Shown here: one piece after another, positions 33,554 to 35,228 of the stretch
How positions within the stretch are numbered: the stretch's first letter is position 1
Layout of the letters: each line of letters begins with the position of its first letter
Source: an uncultured Acetobacteraceae bacterium
Lineage (GTDB): Bacteria > Pseudomonadota > Alphaproteobacteria > Acetobacterales > Acetobacteraceae
Length of the DNA: 35,228 nt
Assembly (NCBI GenBank): GCA_964236415.1
Contig: CAXSEX010000001.1
Location: 1 to 35,228, forward strand
Direction: 5' to 3'
Program-made: the position numbers and the translations under genes
Notes under the pieces: generated by a model
The model's input: only the letters and a program-made list of their open reading frames with translations
What the model was told of the DNA's origin: nothing
Database searches by the model: none

Positions 33554-35131
33554 TTACTTCATGGTCACGTAGCGCAGCGGAAAGGTATTGTCCGCTAATT
33601 GCTGCAATTCGACGTTGCTGCGGTAGGCCCACACAACGGTCTGCTGGTGCAGCGGGATGAACGCCGCCTCGTCATGGATGATCTTGGAGGCGTGCTCGAT
33701 CTGCTGCTGCCGCTTGGCCGGGTCGATCTCGACAGCCATCTGGTCGAGCAGCCCGTCGAACTCCTGGTTCGACCAGCCGCCGTCGTTGAATACCCCGCGC
33801 ACGCCGTTGCGCGTGCCTGCGAGGTTGAACAGGCTGTTCAGCGCGTCATACGTGGTGGGCGTCCAGCCGAGCATGTAGAAGCTCGTGTGGTAGTCCGGGT
33901 TGGAGATCTGCGAGAAGTACTGCAGCCGGGTCTGCGCGTTCAGCGTGACCTTCATGCCGATGCGGGCCAGCATGTTGGTGACGGCCTGGCAGATCGCCTC
34001 GTCGTTGACGTAGCGGTCGTTCGGGCAGTCGAGCGTGACGCCGAAGCCGTTAGGGTAGCCCGCCTCCGCCAACAGCTTCTTGGCGCCGTCGGGGTCGTAG
34101 GGGATGCGCACGTCGGACGCCTCGGTGTAGCCGTTGACGCCGGGACCGTACATCAGGCCGGTCTGATGGCTTTGGTTGCGCATGACCCGGCTTTGGATCG
34201 CCTTGGCATCCACCGCCATGTTGAACGCCCGGCGCACGCGCACGTCCTGGAACGGGTTCTTGCCCTTCACGTCCGATTTCAGCAGTTCCGGCCGCGATTG
34301 GTCGAAGCCGAAGAAGATCGTGCGCAGCTCCGGCCCAACCGCGAGCTTGAGGCCCGGGGTGCGGCCGATCCGGTCCATGTCCTGCGGCGGCACGGTGTAG
34401 ATCATATCCACGTCGCCCGACAGCAGGGCGGCGACGCGGGTGTTGGCGGACGCGATGACGTTGAACGTCACCTCGGTCAGGTTGTGCTCGGGCTTGTCCC
34501 ACCAGGCCGGGTTGTTGCGCAGCGTGGTGCGCCGGTCCGGCTCTCGCAAGCCCAGGATGAAGGGGCCGGTGCCATTGGCGTTGCGGGTGGCGAAGTTCTC
34601 TTCCTTGACCTTGGTGAGATCAGCCGGCTGGGTCGCGTTGTGCGCCTCGCACCACGCCTTCGACATGATGCCCCATTGCGTGAGTTCCTGCAGGAAGATC
34701 GGGTCGGGGGCCTTGGTGATGAAATCGACGGTCAGGTCGTCGATTTTCTTCGCCTCTTTCACGGTTGAGAAGGTGGCGTTGATCTGGCTGCCCGGGCCGG
34801 ACGCCCGCTGAAAGCTGAACAGCACGTCGTCCGCGGTGAACGGCTCGCCGTCTTGGAACTTGACGTTGGGGCGCAGGTGGAAGCGCCAGGTCAGCGGGTC
34901 CGGCTGCTCCCAGCTTGCCGCCAGCGCCGGCTCGACCTTGAGTTCTCGGTTGCGGCGCACCAGGGGGTCGTAGATGTTCTGCGTGAACGTCAGCAGGAAC
35001 GTCTCGTTGCGGGTGTAGGGGTCCATGGAGTTGGCGTCGCCGTCGTTGGCCCAGCGGAAGGTCGCGGCCGGGGCAGCGGCCGTGGTCAGGCCGAAGGCCA
35101 GCACGGATGTCGCCAACATACGTTTCAGCAT
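33554..35131 (-). CDS. ABC transporter substrate-binding protein, family 5 (DppA/OppA-like)
   Basis: Signal peptide, SMDP, IYDPLV, PALAASW, WRFHLRPNVKFQDGEPFTADDVLFS, NGTGPF, DVRVRRA, CPNDRYVNDE. Confidence 0.95.
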   Translation of the reverse strand: MLKRMLATSVLAFGLTTAAAPAATFRWANDGDANSMDPYTRNETFLLTFTQNIYDPLVRRNRELKVEPALAASWEQPDPLTWRFHLRPNVKFQDGEPFTADDVLFSFQRASGPGSQINATFSTVKEAKKIDDLTVDFITKAPDPIFLQELTQWGIMSKAWCEAHNATQPADLTKVKEENFATRNANGTGPFILGLREPDRRTTLRNNPAWWDKPEHNLTEVTFNVIASANTRVAALLSGDVDMIYTVPPQDMDRIGRTPGLKLAVGPELRTIFFGFDQSRPELLKSDVKGKNPFQDVRVRRAFNMAVDAKAIQSRVMRNQSHQTGLMYGPGVNGYTEASDVRIPYDPDGAKKLLAEAGYPNGFGVTLDCPNDRYVNDEAICQAVTNMLARIGMKVTLNAQTRLQYFSQISNPDYHTSFYMLGWTPTTYDALNSLFNLAGTRNGVRGVFNDGGWSNQEFDGLLDQMAVEIDPAKRQQQIEHASKIIHDEAAFIPLHQQTVVWAYRSNVELQQLADNTFPLRYVTMK

Positions 35132-35228
35132 CGTTGTCCCTTGTTCGTGGCAGCGGGCTTCATTAGGCGCCCCTTCGCGGGGGATGCAAATGGCGTCGCA
35201 CCGCCGCGGCCTGCGCCTGCCCCGTCAC

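Overview
High-GC bacterial DNA. Gene content suggests an alphaproteobacterium, possibly Acetobacteraceae (inference only). About 0.4-24 kb is a Wzx/Wzy-dependent exopolysaccharide or capsule locus split into many short divergent units. It encodes a WbaP-type priming transferase, four GT2, two GT4 and one GT14 glycosyltransferases, a Wzx flippase, a Wzy-like polymerase, an acyltransferase and a Tat-exported GH26 hydrolase. The export genes are a Wzc-like co-polymerase, a short OPX (Wza-like) lipoprotein and a separate outer-membrane beta-barrel. Three features stand out. (i) The Wzc kinase domain lacks the Walker A lysine and the C-terminal tyrosine cluster, while an intact stand-alone AAA+ ATPase lies among the export genes. 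(ii) The 690-aa 'HAD hydrolase' has the two-domain layout of a PRPP-dependent ribofuranosyltransferase. (iii) A degenerate ExeA-like membrane protein with proline-rich repeats lies next to a lytic transglycosylase. The rest (24-35 kb) holds a PIG-L deacetylase, a PQQ-type sugar dehydrogenase, a heme-peroxidase remnant, a ROK protein, a CHRD protein, a frameshifted alpha/beta hydrolase, an M20 amidohydrolase and a peptide ABC substrate-binding protein. No rRNA, tRNA, CRISPR array or transposase was recognised. All assignments come from reading motifs by eye, with no database searches.
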